Shown: positions 9,112-19,566, numbered from the stretch's first letter. The stretch is 64,000 bases of DNA from Pelagibacteraceae bacterium (GCA_038146245.1 JAYQRG010000003.1:741-64740); one strand, 5' to 3'. The notes: a model not told the origin generated them from the letters alone. A program made the numbers and translations.

Positions 9112-9545
9112 TTTTTTAGAAGCTGATCAATTGCTTGAACGGCAAGAATATAACTGTTTATTCCAAAACCACAAATAACACCATCTACGGCCTGGCTGAT
9201 TAATGATTTATGCCTGAATTCCTCTCTTTTATAAATGTTGGAAATGTGCACTTCTATTTTAGGTATATTTAAAGATTTTAAAGCATCTAATATTGCAACT
9301 GAAGTATGAGTAAATGCTGCTGCATTAATAATTAATCCATTCATCTTTTCAGAGTTTTGAATTTTCGTTACAATTTCACCTTCAATGTTTGACTGATAAA
9401 ATTCTACATTTATTTTTTTACTTTCGCAGTATGATTTAATTTTTAAATTGATTTCATCTAATGTTAATTTTCCATAAATATCAGGTTCTCGTTTTCCTAA
9501 TAAGTTTATATTTGGACCATTAATTATTTGAATTTTATTCGTCAT
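9108..9545 (-). CDS. aroQ: type II 3-dehydroquinate dehydratase
   Basis: 145 aa. INGPNINLLGKREPDIYG, NAAAFTHTS, EVHISN. Conserved aroQ-accBC order. Confidence 0.95.
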   Translation of the reverse strand: MTNKIQIINGPNINLLGKREPDIYGKLTLDEINLKIKSYCESKKINVEFYQSNIEGEIVTKIQNSEKMNGLIINAAAFTHTSVAILDALKSLNIPKIEVHISNIYKREEFRHKSLISQAVDGVICGFGINSYILAVQAIDQLLKK

Positions 9546-9570
9546 GGATTATGAAAGAGATATTATATTT

Positions 9571-9774
9571 ATGATCAATATTCAACTGAATGGAAAATCT
9601 TATAAAATCAAATCTAATTCAAATATAGATAATTTATTAAAAAAAATAAAAGTAGAGTCTAAAAAAGTAGCAGTGGAAGTAAATAAAGAGGTGCTCTGTA
9701 AAGAAAATTACAAAAAGTATAAAATTAAAATAAATGATAAAATAGAAATTGTAACTTTTGTAGGTGGTGGTTAA
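9571..9774 (+). CDS. thiS: sulfur carrier protein ThiS
   Basis: Small ubiquitin-like ORF ending in GG(G), immediately before thiG (TAATG overlap). ATG 9571 preferred (MINIQLNGK); the 9544 ATG would overlap the aroQ start. Confidence 0.85.
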   Translation: MINIQLNGKSYKIKSNSNIDNLLKKIKVESKKVAVEVNKEVLCKENYKKYKIKINDKIEIVTFVGGG

Positions 9775-10547
9775 TGAAAGATATTTTAAAAATTTCTAAA
9801 TATAAATTTAATTCAAGATTAATTGTTGGAACTGGAAAGTATAAAAATTTTAAAGAAACCGCTGATGCTGTTGAAGCTTCAGGAGCCGAAATAGTAACGG
9901 TAGCTGTGCGCAGAGTAAATATTATTAATAAAAAAGAACCATTATTAATGGACTATATTAATCCAAAAAAAATAAAATATTTACCAAATACCGCAGGATG
10001 TTTTAGTAGTGATGAAGCTTTAAGAGTTTTGAGATTGGCAAGAGATAGCGGGGGTTGGAATTTAGTTAAGTTAGAAGTTCTTGGAGATGAGACTACATTA
10101 TATCCAAATATGAAAGATACTCTAGAAAGCGCTAAAGTTTTAGTGAAAGAAAAATTTGAAGTTATGGTCTATTGTTCTGATGATCCAATTGCTTGTAAAC
10201 AATTAGAAGATATAGGAGTTTCAGCTGTGATGCCCCTTGGATCTTTTATTGGCTCTGGGCAAGGAATTCCTAATAAAAATAATATTAGAATTATAAAACA
10301 AAATTCTAAAATTCCTGTGATTGTAGATGCTGGAATTGGGTGCGCTTCGGATGCATCCATTGCTATGGAATTAGGTTGTGATGGTGTTTTAGTAAACACT
10401 GCAATTGCTAAAGCAAAAAAACCTGTATTAATGGCTGAAGCTATGAAATTAGCAGTTATAGCTGGACGGAAATCTTACCTTTCTGGAATTATGGAAAAAA
10501 AAGAGGTTGCTCAAAGATCTACTTCTTTAAAAGGAAAAATTAGTTAG
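9774..10547 (+). CDS. thiG: thiazole synthase ThiG
   Basis: 257 aa. [42 protein letters not shown]. Confidence 0.95.
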   Translation: MKDILKISKYKFNSRLIVGTGKYKNFKETADAVEASGAEIVTVAVRRVNIINKKEPLLMDYINPKKIKYLPNTAGCFSSDEALRVLRLARDSGGWNLVKLEVLGDETTLYPNMKDTLESAKVLVKEKFEVMVYCSDDPIACKQLEDIGVSAVMPLGSFIGSGQGIPNKNNIRIIKQNSKIPVIVDAGIGCASDASIAMELGCDGVLVNTAIAKAKKPVLMAEAMKLAVIAGRKSYLSGIMEKKEVAQRSTSLKGKIS

Positions 10548-12469
10548 GCTACTTCTTTTTTATTTTCTTCTTTTGTCTCAGTATTTTCTTTTTTATATTT
10601 CTTAAATTTTTTCGGTTTATATCTTTTATTAAATTGTTTTTTTTTATAATTATTTAAATTTTCTTCCTCTTTTATATTTTCAGTTTTAATCTTAAAATCT
10701 TTGTAGTCTGATAAAACCTTATTTCTATTATCAAGAAATTCGATAACAAATTCATTAGATAATAAATCGTTATTGATGTTAAAAATAAATCTAAATTTGA
10801 AACGACTTTCAAAGTATTTTACTTCATCCATCATATATTGGTTTAAATATTCTTTAATTTTCTTGCTAGTTTGGACGGATACTTTTTTAACTTTTTGAAT
10901 TTCAAAAAGCTTAGCTTCTATAGTTTTTAGTATTTTTTGGCAAAAAGACTCTGGAGATAAAGTAATTTCCCATTTTACAGAACTTTCTCGAAGCCTTTGT
11001 CTTGTCATTTCTAGTAATCCAAAATGGCTTATTCTACCTACTTGAATTCTTGCTTTATCAGCTCTTACGGCTTCTTTCATTTTTCTTTCAACCAATCTTC
11101 GATTGGAGAAATTTTCCATATCGATAAAATCAATAACAATTAATCCAGCAAGATCTCTAATTTTAATCTGTCTAGCAATTTCAATAGCAGCTTCGATATT
11201 TGTTGCTAGTGCCGTCTTTTCAACATTTCGTTCTTTTGTTGATTTTCCAGAGTTAATATCAATGGCAATTAATGCTTCTGTGGGATTGATAATTAAATAT
11301 CCACCAGATTTTAAATCAACTCTTGGTTCAAAAATACTATTTAAATATTTTTCTATTCCACATGAATAAAACAAAGGAACCTTACCTTTATATTTTTTAA
11401 TTTTACTGGTTTCTTCTTTAGCAATGATTTCGACATTTTTTTTTGCTTTTTCGTAACCGTCTTCTCCATCAATTAATATTTCATCAATTTCTGAAGTTAA
11501 AAAATCTCTAATAACTCTATAAATTAAATCACCTTCCTCGTGAATTAAGCATGGCGCATTAGAATTAATAGTTTTTTCTTTTATTGTTTCCCATACGTTA
11601 ACAAGCACATCTAAATCATTTTTAATTTGACCTAAGGTTTTGTTAGCTCCTGCAGTTCTTACAATTAATCCCATAGAGCTAGGTATATTAAGGCTATTAA
11701 TAACTTCTCTTATATGTTTACGGTCTTGATAATTAAAAATTTTCCTAGAAATACCCCCGCCTTTTGCTGTGTTTGGCATTAAGACAATATATTTTCCTGC
11801 CAGAGATAAAAAAGTAGTAAGACTTGCACCTTTGTTTCCTCGTTCTTCTTTAACGATTTGAATAAGAACAACTTGACCAGGTTTAATTACTTCTTGAATA
11901 CGATATTTTTTTCTTTTATTTCTAATGGTGTCAACTTTATTTTGAAGAATTTTTTGATCAGAATGATTTACGTCCTTAACAGCTTCTTCAGTATTTCCAT
12001 TTAATGTTTCTTCAGATTCGTTTTTACCATTTGATATTTCTTGATTATTTTGAATTGTGTTTTCAATATCTAATTCATCATCCAAATCAATATCATTACT
12101 AATCGCAAGATCATCTACTTCTTGTTCAGAATCAGATAATTGATGATCAAGTTTTTGACTTTCTTGATTTAGCTCTTCTCTAATTTTTTCTTCTTCTTTT
12201 AAAAGATCTTCTTTATCGGAATTAGGTATTTGATAGTACTCTGCTTGAATATCATTAAATGCTAAGAAACCATGTCTTTCGTTTCCAAAGTCAACAAACG
12301 CAGCTTGTAGAGAAGGTTCGACTCTACTTATTTTTCCTAAATAAATATTTCCTTTGAGTTGTTTTTTATCTTCATTCTCAAATTCATATTCATCGACTTG
12401 ACCATCGTTAAGAATGGCGATTCGAGTTTGTTTTGCCTGTGAGGCATCAATAAAAATCTTTTTTTCCAT
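10544..12469 (-). CDS. rne: ribonuclease E (RNase E/G family)
   Basis: 641 aa. S1 domain [23 protein letters not shown]; [20 protein letters not shown]; catalytic IAIDINSG and LIVIDFIDM. Acidic insert of about 100 aa after the S1 start, and a short K-rich tail. Confidence 0.9.
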   Translation of the reverse strand: MEKKIFIDASQAKQTRIAILNDGQVDEYEFENEDKKQLKGNIYLGKISRVEPSLQAAFVDFGNERHGFLAFNDIQAEYYQIPNSDKEDLLKEEEKIREELNQESQKLDHQLSDSEQEVDDLAISNDIDLDDELDIENTIQNNQEISNGKNESEETLNGNTEEAVKDVNHSDQKILQNKVDTIRNKRKKYRIQEVIKPGQVVLIQIVKEERGNKGASLTTFLSLAGKYIVLMPNTAKGGGISRKIFNYQDRKHIREVINSLNIPSSMGLIVRTAGANKTLGQIKNDLDVLVNVWETIKEKTINSNAPCLIHEEGDLIYRVIRDFLTSEIDEILIDGEDGYEKAKKNVEIIAKEETSKIKKYKGKVPLFYSCGIEKYLNSIFEPRVDLKSGGYLIINPTEALIAIDINSGKSTKERNVEKTALATNIEAAIEIARQIKIRDLAGLIVIDFIDMENFSNRRLVERKMKEAVRADKARIQVGRISHFGLLEMTRQRLRESSVKWEITLSPESFCQKILKTIEAKLFEIQKVKKVSVQTSKKIKEYLNQYMMDEVKYFESRFKFRFIFNINNDLLSNEFVIEFLDNRNKVLSDYKDFKIKTENIKEEENLNNYKKKQFNKRYKPKKFKKYKKENTETKEENKKEVA

Positions 12470-12586
12470 GATAAATCTCTCATATTTTTTGGGGTTGAAT
12501 TTTTTGATATAAACCTAGATAACATAATAAAATCTTATAGATGTTTTATATAATATATTTACAAAACAACAATAAAATACATCCAA

Positions 12587-14932
12587 ATGCTTAAGTTTTT
12601 ATCACGGTTTTCTACCCTTATTTTTACATTAATTTTTATAGGTCTATTTTTAGCCTTTTCTGCCGTCTGGTATTTTTCTAGTGATTTACCTGATTATAAA
12701 TTTCTTCAAAACTATAAACCTGCGGTATCAAGCAAAGTTTATGACATTAACGGAAATATTTTTGCAGATTTTTCAAAAGAAAAAAGAACATTCATAAAAT
12801 ATGAGCAAATTCCTGATAAAATAATTCATGCATTTATTTCTGCAGAAGATAAAAACTTTTTTTCTCACCCTGGAATTGATGCGGTCGGAATTACTAGAGC
12901 GATTATAAAAAACGTTCAGCATTTTATCACTGGCCAAAGACTAGAGGGGGCATCCACTATTACCCAGCAAGTTGCAAAAAATTTATTACTAAGTTCTGAA
13001 GTATCACTAGCTAGAAAAGTAAAAGAAGCAATATTGGCTTTTAGAATTGAAAAATATTTGAACAAAAAGAGAATATTAGAGCTTTATTTAAATGAAATTT
13101 ACTTAGGAGAAAGATCTTATGGAATAGCATCTGCTAGCATGGTTTATTTTGATAAATCTGTAAAAGAACTTAATTTTGCAGAAGCTGCATTACTAGCCTC
13201 CCTACCCAAAGCTCCAAGCAAATATAATCCATATAAAAATGTTACAATTGTAAAAGATAGAGTGAATTGGGTCCTTCATCGAATGTATGAAAACAAATAC
13301 ATTTCTGAAGCAGATTTAAAAAAAAATCTAAGTTTACCATTCAAGCTTAAAAAAAGAGAATTTGAACAAAAGGATGAAACCAAGTTTTTTGCAGAAGAAG
13401 TTAGAAAATCTTTATTAAATATTTATGGTGAGGAAAATGTCTATAAACAAGGACTTTATATAAAAACTTCTTTAGATCCAGATTTACAAAACCTAGCAGT
13501 CAAATCTTTGCGCAAACACTTACTTACTTATGATAAAAGACATGGTTGGAGAGGTCCTTTTCAAACTAATAAAAATATTACTGATTTTAAAACATTATTA
13601 TTAACGCCTAATAAAATATTTTCTGAATTTGAACTTGCATTTGTTTATGAAGTTAACCCCGAAAAAGCTTTGATACTTTTAAAAAAAGATAGGGAGGGAA
13701 CTATTCCATTAAACAATTTAAAATGGGCTAAAAAATTTATATCAAAAGATCAGACTGGAAAAACAGTAGAAAACTGTAATGAAGTTTTAAAAGTAGGAGA
13801 CATTATTTATGTCCAAAAAACTAATAATGCTAAAGAATGGTTACTGGAACAAATACCTAGTGCAAATGGTGGAGCAATCGTTATGGATCCCTGGAATGGT
13901 AGAGTATTTGCGTTAGTTGGTGGATTTGATTTCGACTTAAATCAATTTAACAGGGCCACTCAAGCAAAACGCCAACCAGGATCTGCATTTAAACCTTTTG
14001 TATATAGTGTTGCTTTGGAAAATGGTTTTAAACCTAATAGCATTATACTCGATGCACCATTTGTTAAATACGAAAATAAAACGGAATTTAAATGGAAACC
14101 AAAAAACTATGGTGAAAAATTTTATGGACCTTCTCTATTTAGAGTTGGAGTAGAACAATCTAGAAATTTGATGACGATTAGAATTGCTGATCAAATTGGT
14201 ATAAATAAAATTAATTCAGTAGCTAAAAAACTTGGAATCTATCAAAAGACCGATGATATTCTTTCCGTAGCTCTAGGTGCATCAGAGACAACCTTAATGG
14301 ATCTTACCTCTGCCTATTCCACTTTTGTAAATGGAGGCAGAAAAGTTACCCCAACATTAATTGATTTAATCCAAGATAAAGATGGAATAGTGAAATTTAA
14401 AAATAACAAATTGTTTTGTTTAAATTGTAATGAAACCTTCGATATTAATTCAGTTCCTTTATTAGATAGTCGTTATGATAGAATTTTTGAAGAAAGTACC
14501 GCTTACCAGATGGTAAATATTTTAAAAGGAGTTGTAGATCGGGGAACTGCTAAAAAAATTAGATATTTAAATATGGAGTTGGCTGGAAAAACTGGAACTA
14601 CCAACGACAACTTTGATGCTTGGTTTATAGGGTTTACTCCAAATTTATTAGTCGGTGTCTTCGTAGGATTTGATGAACCATCTTCTTTAGGTAAATTTGA
14701 AACGGGTGCAAAAGCAGCATTACCTATTTTTGAGGAGATCATTAAAAATACAAAACAAAGAAACGATTTACCTTTTTTTAAGCCAGCAAGCACAGTTAAA
14801 CTTGTTAAAATTGACAAAAACAAAGGAACAGAAATCTTTACAGGTAATCAGAATGCTATAACCGAAAGTTTTAAAATTAATGATGAAGTTCGAAATGATG
14901 ACAATTATAAATTTTCAAATAGTATATATTAA
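12587..14932 (+). CDS. mrcA: penicillin-binding protein 1A (bifunctional glycosyltransferase/transpeptidase)
   Basis: 781 aa with N-terminal TM. GT51 motifs EDKNFFSHPGID and GASTITQQ; transpeptidase motifs SAFK, SRN, KTGTT. Confidence 0.92.
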   Translation: MLKFLSRFSTLIFTLIFIGLFLAFSAVWYFSSDLPDYKFLQNYKPAVSSKVYDINGNIFADFSKEKRTFIKYEQIPDKIIHAFISAEDKNFFSHPGIDAVGITRAIIKNVQHFITGQRLEGASTITQQVAKNLLLSSEVSLARKVKEAILAFRIEKYLNKKRILELYLNEIYLGERSYGIASASMVYFDKSVKELNFAEAALLASLPKAPSKYNPYKNVTIVKDRVNWVLHRMYENKYISEADLKKNLSLPFKLKKREFEQKDETKFFAEEVRKSLLNIYGEENVYKQGLYIKTSLDPDLQNLAVKSLRKHLLTYDKRHGWRGPFQTNKNITDFKTLLLTPNKIFSEFELAFVYEVNPEKALILLKKDREGTIPLNNLKWAKKFISKDQTGKTVENCNEVLKVGDIIYVQKTNNAKEWLLEQIPSANGGAIVMDPWNGRVFALVGGFDFDLNQFNRATQAKRQPGSAFKPFVYSVALENGFKPNSIILDAPFVKYENKTEFKWKPKNYGEKFYGPSLFRVGVEQSRNLMTIRIADQIGINKINSVAKKLGIYQKTDDILSVALGASETTLMDLTSAYSTFVNGGRKVTPTLIDLIQDKDGIVKFKNNKLFCLNCNETFDINSVPLLDSRYDRIFEESTAYQMVNILKGVVDRGTAKKIRYLNMELAGKTGTTNDNFDAWFIGFTPNLLVGVFVGFDEPSSLGKFETGAKAALPIFEEIIKNTKQRNDLPFFKPASTVKLVKIDKNKGTEIFTGNQNAITESFKINDEVRNDDNYKFSNSIY

Positions 14933-16025
14933 ATGATAGAAGAAAAAAAAGAATTAGAAACTATTAAACATTTGCTTTCAAATGTATGGAGTTTTCTTTG
15001 AAAACTCTAAAGCACAACATCGAGTAAATGAACTTAACTCAAAAACATTAGAAACTTCTTTTTGGGAAAATCCAGATACAGCAAAAAATATTTTAAAAGA
15101 AAAAAATTCACTTGAAAAAATTATCGCGGATTATACCGAAGCAAAAAAACAACAACAGTTGTTAAGTGAATTTATGATATCTTTGGAGAAAGATTATGAT
15201 GATGGAATATTTAAAGATATTCAAAAATCTCTAAAAGATTTAAAAAGAAATATCAAAACTTTAGAAGTGAGCTGTTTTCTATCTGATGAAAACGATAAGC
15301 GGGATTGCTATTTAGAAGTACATGCTGGCGCTGGTGGTACCGAAAGTCAAGATTGGGCTGAAATGCTAAGAAGAATGTATGTGAAATGGGCAGAAAAAAA
15401 AGGTCATCAAATTGAGCTTGTCAGCGAAAGTAAAGGCGAGGAGGCAGGAATTAAATCATCTACTATAAAAATTTCAGGATATAATGTTTACGGATACTTA
15501 AAAAATGAAAGCGGTGTTCATAGATTAGTTCGAATTTCTCCATTTGATTCAAACAAAAGAAGGCATACTAGTTTTTCAAGTGTTTGGATTTACCCAGTGG
15601 TTGATGATGACATTAAAATTGATATTAATGAAAAAGATTTGAGAATCGATACTTACAGATCAAGTGGAGCTGGAGGCCAACACGTGAATACAACGGATAG
15701 TGCCGTAAGGATAACACATTTGCCAACTAAAATTGTCGTTCAATGTCAAAACGAACGATCACAACATAAAAATAAAGAAAGTGCGATGAAAATGTTAAAG
15801 TCCAGACTATATGAGCTTGAACTAAAAAAAAGAGAAGAAAGCAATAAAAATATTGAAACACTTAAAACCGATATAGGCTGGGGTCATCAAATTAGATCTT
15901 ATGTTTTGCAACCATATCAACTCGTAAAAGATAACCGGACTGATTGCGAAAGCACAAGTCCAGAGGACGTTCTTAACGGCGACATTGATGAATTTTTAGA
16001 AAGCGCATTATTTAAAACTAATTAA
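14933..16025 (+). CDS. prfB: peptide chain release factor 2 (needs +1 frameshift: 14933..14998 joined to 15000..16025)
   Basis: Frame 0 reads MIEEKKELETIKHLLSNVWSFL then TGA at 14999-15001. The +1 frame continues ENSKAQHRVNEL... with RF2 motifs SPF (RISPFDS) and GGQ (SGAGGQHVN). Confidence 0.93.
14988..15002 (+). promoter_or_regulatory. prfB programmed +1 frameshift site (SD-like GGAG, slippery CTT, in-frame TGA)
   Basis: GGAG (14988-14991), then TTTT, then CTT TGA A (14996-15002). Same layout as the E. coli prfB recoding site. Confidence 0.85.
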
Positions 16026-18275
16026 ATGAGCAAATTTATTAAATTTATTTTTGTATTAACAACTATCATTTTTATAGGAGTTTTAGTTCTAAGTTATGGA
16101 ATTACTACAAGCAAATTTAACGATCCTATAAAAAAAGAAGTTGAAAAACAAATACCGAATTCAGAATTAAAATTTAATACAACTTCAGTTTCTTTAGATG
16201 TAAAAAAATTTAAAATTAAAATTGGCTTAAACGAACCAGCTTTAAAAATTGAAAACCAAAAAATCTCAATTCAAAGTTTTAAAATTTTTTTAAATATTTT
16301 TAAATTTTTCCAGCAAGAATATATCGTAGATGCAATTAGCTTATCTTTTAGCAATCAACCTTTAGATGTTATTTCAAAGTTAAATTATACTAAGGCTCAC
16401 CAAAGTTTTGTTAAAAAAATTATCTCAGGAGATTTAAATGGCGAACTAACAATAGAAATAAAAAGCAAAGAAAAACTTAACTATAATTTTGATGGAAGTT
16501 TAAAAAATTTAACAATAAATATTAATGACAAACTTCCTTATGTAAGAAATTTAAAAACAGACATTACACTCACTGATTATAAAGTTCAATTTACAAACTT
16601 TAATGCTAAATTCGCTGATTTAGATTTGAAATCTAATGATTTAAAATATGGATTATTTACCCGTAACCTTTTAGGCGATATAGAGTTAAAAGGGGTAGTT
16701 TCTGATGCAACAAATTTAAAAGAAATTATAAAATTTTTCCCATTTCTTGATGTACCAGAAATCTCTAATCTTCAAGGTTTTATTAATTTAAAGAATAGTC
16801 TTAATATAAACTTTGATGAAAATTACTTTGTAAAATCTAATAAATCCGAAGTTAATACCATAATTAAGAATTTACAATTTGATTTAAAGCATCCTATTCA
16901 AGTTTATCAAATAAGAAACTTTAACACTAAATTTCTAATTGATTCTTCCAAAAAAACTACAGCTTCAGGATCATTTGAAATGAACAAATATCTTGCTAAC
17001 TTTGATATTAGCAAGGAACATAACACTGATTTTTATACAGTTAATTTAAACAGTAAGGCAAATCTAAAAAATTTATTTTTTCCAAAACAGTCTTTTTTCT
17101 TAACTGAAGATATAAATTTTAATATCAAATCACAATTTAAAGATTTTAATCATGCAAATTATCAGGTGCGACTCGATTTAAAAGATACTGAAATAGATTC
17201 ATCTTTTTTTAATTATAAAAAAAATAAAGGAATAGAATCAGATTTAAAGTTCAATCTTGTCTTCAATGAAAAAAAAATTTTTTTAAGAGATTTTATATAT
17301 CAAAGTCAAAAAGATGAGCTAACTATAAAAAAAATAAATTTGAATAATATGTATCAAATTGATAATTTTGATGAGATTAACCTAAAATTAAAAAATAACG
17401 ATTTTTCTATTGTTAATAAAAATAAAAATTACATCATTAAAGGAAAATCTTTAGATTTATCAAGATTTTTAGCTGAAAAAGTAAGCGATTCTTCAGAAAT
17501 AGATTTTTCAAGAAAATTCAACGGAACTATCATGATAAATTTGAATAGAATTTTATTACCAGATGAATTTTTAAAAAATTACAGTGGGAAAGGGAATATC
17601 AAACAAGGAAAGTTTTATGATTATAAAGGTTCAGCCAGTTTTTCAGATGACACTAAATTTAAGCAAGATATTTTAAATAACAAAAAGAATCATAGGGAGA
17701 GTATTCTTTATAGTGATAAAGCGAAACCTTTTCTTGCAAGTAAAAAGTTTTTATCAGGATTAAGCAAAGGAAATCTTGAAGTTATCGTAGAAGATATAGG
17801 TGCAAATGCTGCTTTAGAAACAGTCAAAATAAAAAAATTTTATATTAAAGATATGCCGGTCTTAGCAAATATTCTATCCGTTGCTTCTATTACAGGAATT
17901 TTAGATACACTAAAAGGAAAAGGGGTATATTTTGATGAGGCTGTAGTTAAATATCATTACATAAATAAAAAAATCGAAATTATAGAATGTTATGGAACAG
18001 GACCTTCATTAGGATTTATTTTGGAGGGATATGTGAATCCAGATGGATATGTAAAAATGTCAGGAAGTCTTGCTCCAGCAAATTTAATTAATGAAGCAAT
18101 TAAATCAATCCCAATAGTTGGATCTTTAATTACAGGAAAAAAAGGAGATGGTTTATTTGGAGCTAGCTTTAAAATAAAAGGCCCAGAAAACAAGCTAGAG
18201 ACTGAAGTAAACCCGATTAGGACACTAACGCCAAGATTTATTCAAAGATTTGTTGATTTATTTAGAGGGAAATAA
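16026..18275 (+). CDS. AsmA-family / YhdP-like large envelope protein
   Basis: 749 aa with a single N-terminal TM (FIFVLTTIIFIGVLVL). Long, repetitive, beta-rich body. The C-terminal segment (YGTGPSLGFILEGYVN...MSGSLAPANLIN...GDGLFGASFKIKGP...NPIRTLTPRFIQ) resembles the AsmA-like/YhdP C-terminal region. Confidence 0.55.
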   Translation: MSKFIKFIFVLTTIIFIGVLVLSYGITTSKFNDPIKKEVEKQIPNSELKFNTTSVSLDVKKFKIKIGLNEPALKIENQKISIQSFKIFLNIFKFFQQEYIVDAISLSFSNQPLDVISKLNYTKAHQSFVKKIISGDLNGELTIEIKSKEKLNYNFDGSLKNLTININDKLPYVRNLKTDITLTDYKVQFTNFNAKFADLDLKSNDLKYGLFTRNLLGDIELKGVVSDATNLKEIIKFFPFLDVPEISNLQGFINLKNSLNINFDENYFVKSNKSEVNTIIKNLQFDLKHPIQVYQIRNFNTKFLIDSSKKTTASGSFEMNKYLANFDISKEHNTDFYTVNLNSKANLKNLFFPKQSFFLTEDINFNIKSQFKDFNHANYQVRLDLKDTEIDSSFFNYKKNKGIESDLKFNLVFNEKKIFLRDFIYQSQKDELTIKKINLNNMYQIDNFDEINLKLKNNDFSIVNKNKNYIIKGKSLDLSRFLAEKVSDSSEIDFSRKFNGTIMINLNRILLPDEFLKNYSGKGNIKQGKFYDYKGSASFSDDTKFKQDILNNKKNHRESILYSDKAKPFLASKKFLSGLSKGNLEVIVEDIGANAALETVKIKKFYIKDMPVLANILSVASITGILDTLKGKGVYFDEAVVKYHYINKKIEIIECYGTGPSLGFILEGYVNPDGYVKMSGSLAPANLINEAIKSIPIVGSLITGKKGDGLFGASFKIKGPENKLETEVNPIRTLTPRFIQRFVDLFRGK

Positions 18276-19514
18276 TTATTTTATTTTAAGTAGATGATGT
18301 CTTTTTTTTCCAAAAGATATTTTAAGAAAACTATTTTTAAAATCATTTAAATATATCATTTTATTTTCTTCTTTTATAATTTCATTTTCAATACGATATG
18401 AAAAATTCAAAAGATTTCTTCTAAAATCGCTATTAGAATTTGCAAATTTAATTTGAATTAAAATATCTCTTAATAGAACTCCTTTTTCTAATTTTTCTAT
18501 ATCTAAAAGAGTAGTTGGTAGCTCTTCGCTAAACGACTTGTTTGTGAAAGTTTTTTTAGCTATTTTTTTAGCTATTTCAGCGTCTAAATCTCCATGAAGC
18601 AATCTTGTAGTTTCTGTAGCTAGTAAAATTTTTAATTCATTGATTTTAGAACTTAAGGTTTCTTCTAATTTTTTTATTTCATCAATACTTAATTCTGTAA
18701 AAAGTTTTAGATATTTTATAACATCTTGATCATTAGAATTTCTCCAAAATTGCCAATATTCAAATGGGCTAAGCATTTTTTTATCTAACCAAACCGCACC
18801 TTTTTCTGTTTTGCCCATTTTTTGACCACTGGATGTTGTAATAAGTGGCGTGGTTAATCCATAACAAGATTTTCCTGTAATTTTTCTAATAAGCTCGACA
18901 CCATTAACTATATTTCCCCATTGATCGGACCCTCCGATTTGAAGTAAACAATCATGTTTTTTAAAGAGTTTTAAAAAATCATAAGATTGGAAAATCATAT
19001 AATTAAACTCTAAAAAACTTAAAGACTGTTCGCGTTCTAATCTAGTTTTTACACTATCAAAAGTTAACATTTTATTGATGGTAAAATGCTTTCCGTAGTC
19101 TCTTAAAAAATTGATATAATTTAATTTTCCAAGCCAAGTTTTATTATCTACAAAAATGACTTTATTTTTTCCAGTTTTGCTCAAGAATTTTAAAAATACC
19201 TTCTTAATATTTTGAATATTTTTTTTTATATCTTTTTCTTCTAGTAATTTTCTGGACTCTTCTTTTCCAGAAGGATCACCTACCATGGTAGTTCCACCAC
19301 CTAACAACACAATAGGTGTATGACCTAACTTTTGTAAGAACCTTAAACACATAATTTGCATTAAACTTCCAACATGAAGAGAAGGAGCAGTGCAATCAAA
19401 ACCGATATAAAATTTAACCTTTTTGTTTGTAAGGAGTTTATTTAAAGCTTCCTCATCGGTACATTGAAAGAAATAGCCTCTCGATTTAAACTCTTCTATA
19501 ACATTAACTTCCAT
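18276..19514 (-). CDS. tyrS: tyrosine--tRNA ligase
   Basis: 412 aa. HIGH-type motif (PSLHVGSL), KMSKS-type motif (KMGKT), GGSDQWGN. Confidence 0.95.
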   Translation of the reverse strand: MEVNVIEEFKSRGYFFQCTDEEALNKLLTNKKVKFYIGFDCTAPSLHVGSLMQIMCLRFLQKLGHTPIVLLGGGTTMVGDPSGKEESRKLLEEKDIKKNIQNIKKVFLKFLSKTGKNKVIFVDNKTWLGKLNYINFLRDYGKHFTINKMLTFDSVKTRLEREQSLSFLEFNYMIFQSYDFLKLFKKHDCLLQIGGSDQWGNIVNGVELIRKITGKSCYGLTTPLITTSSGQKMGKTEKGAVWLDKKMLSPFEYWQFWRNSNDQDVIKYLKLFTELSIDEIKKLEETLSSKINELKILLATETTRLLHGDLDAEIAKKIAKKTFTNKSFSEELPTTLLDIEKLEKGVLLRDILIQIKFANSNSDFRRNLLNFSYRIENEIIKEENKMIYLNDFKNSFLKISFGKKRHHLLKIK

Positions 19515-19531
19515 AATTTTTAAAAAACAAT

Positions 19532-19550
19532 TTAATATACTGTATATTAA
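19532..19550. repeat. 19-nt perfect palindrome in the tyrS/anmK divergent spacer (candidate operator)
   Basis: TTAATATAC-T-GTATATTAA: 9-nt arms around one central nt, inside the 52-nt intergenic region. Confidence 0.4.
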
Positions 19551-19566
19551 TTAAAAAAATAAATTA

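Noticed and set aside
12337-12525. 62-aa minus-strand ORF starting upstream of rne and overlapping its first 44 codons out of frame; considered as a possible regulatory uORF.
   Set aside because: No SD or motif support, and the composition is atypical. Apart from its first 56 nt it lies inside the rne coding sequence. It cannot be distinguished from chance without conservation data.
18264-18285. AT palindromes exactly at convergent gene junctions: AAATAATTATTT at 18270-18281, TAATTA at 5696-5701, TTAATTAA near 7348-7355.
   Set aside because: They are the automatic result of TAA on one strand abutting TTA (TAA on the other strand), not independent structural elements.
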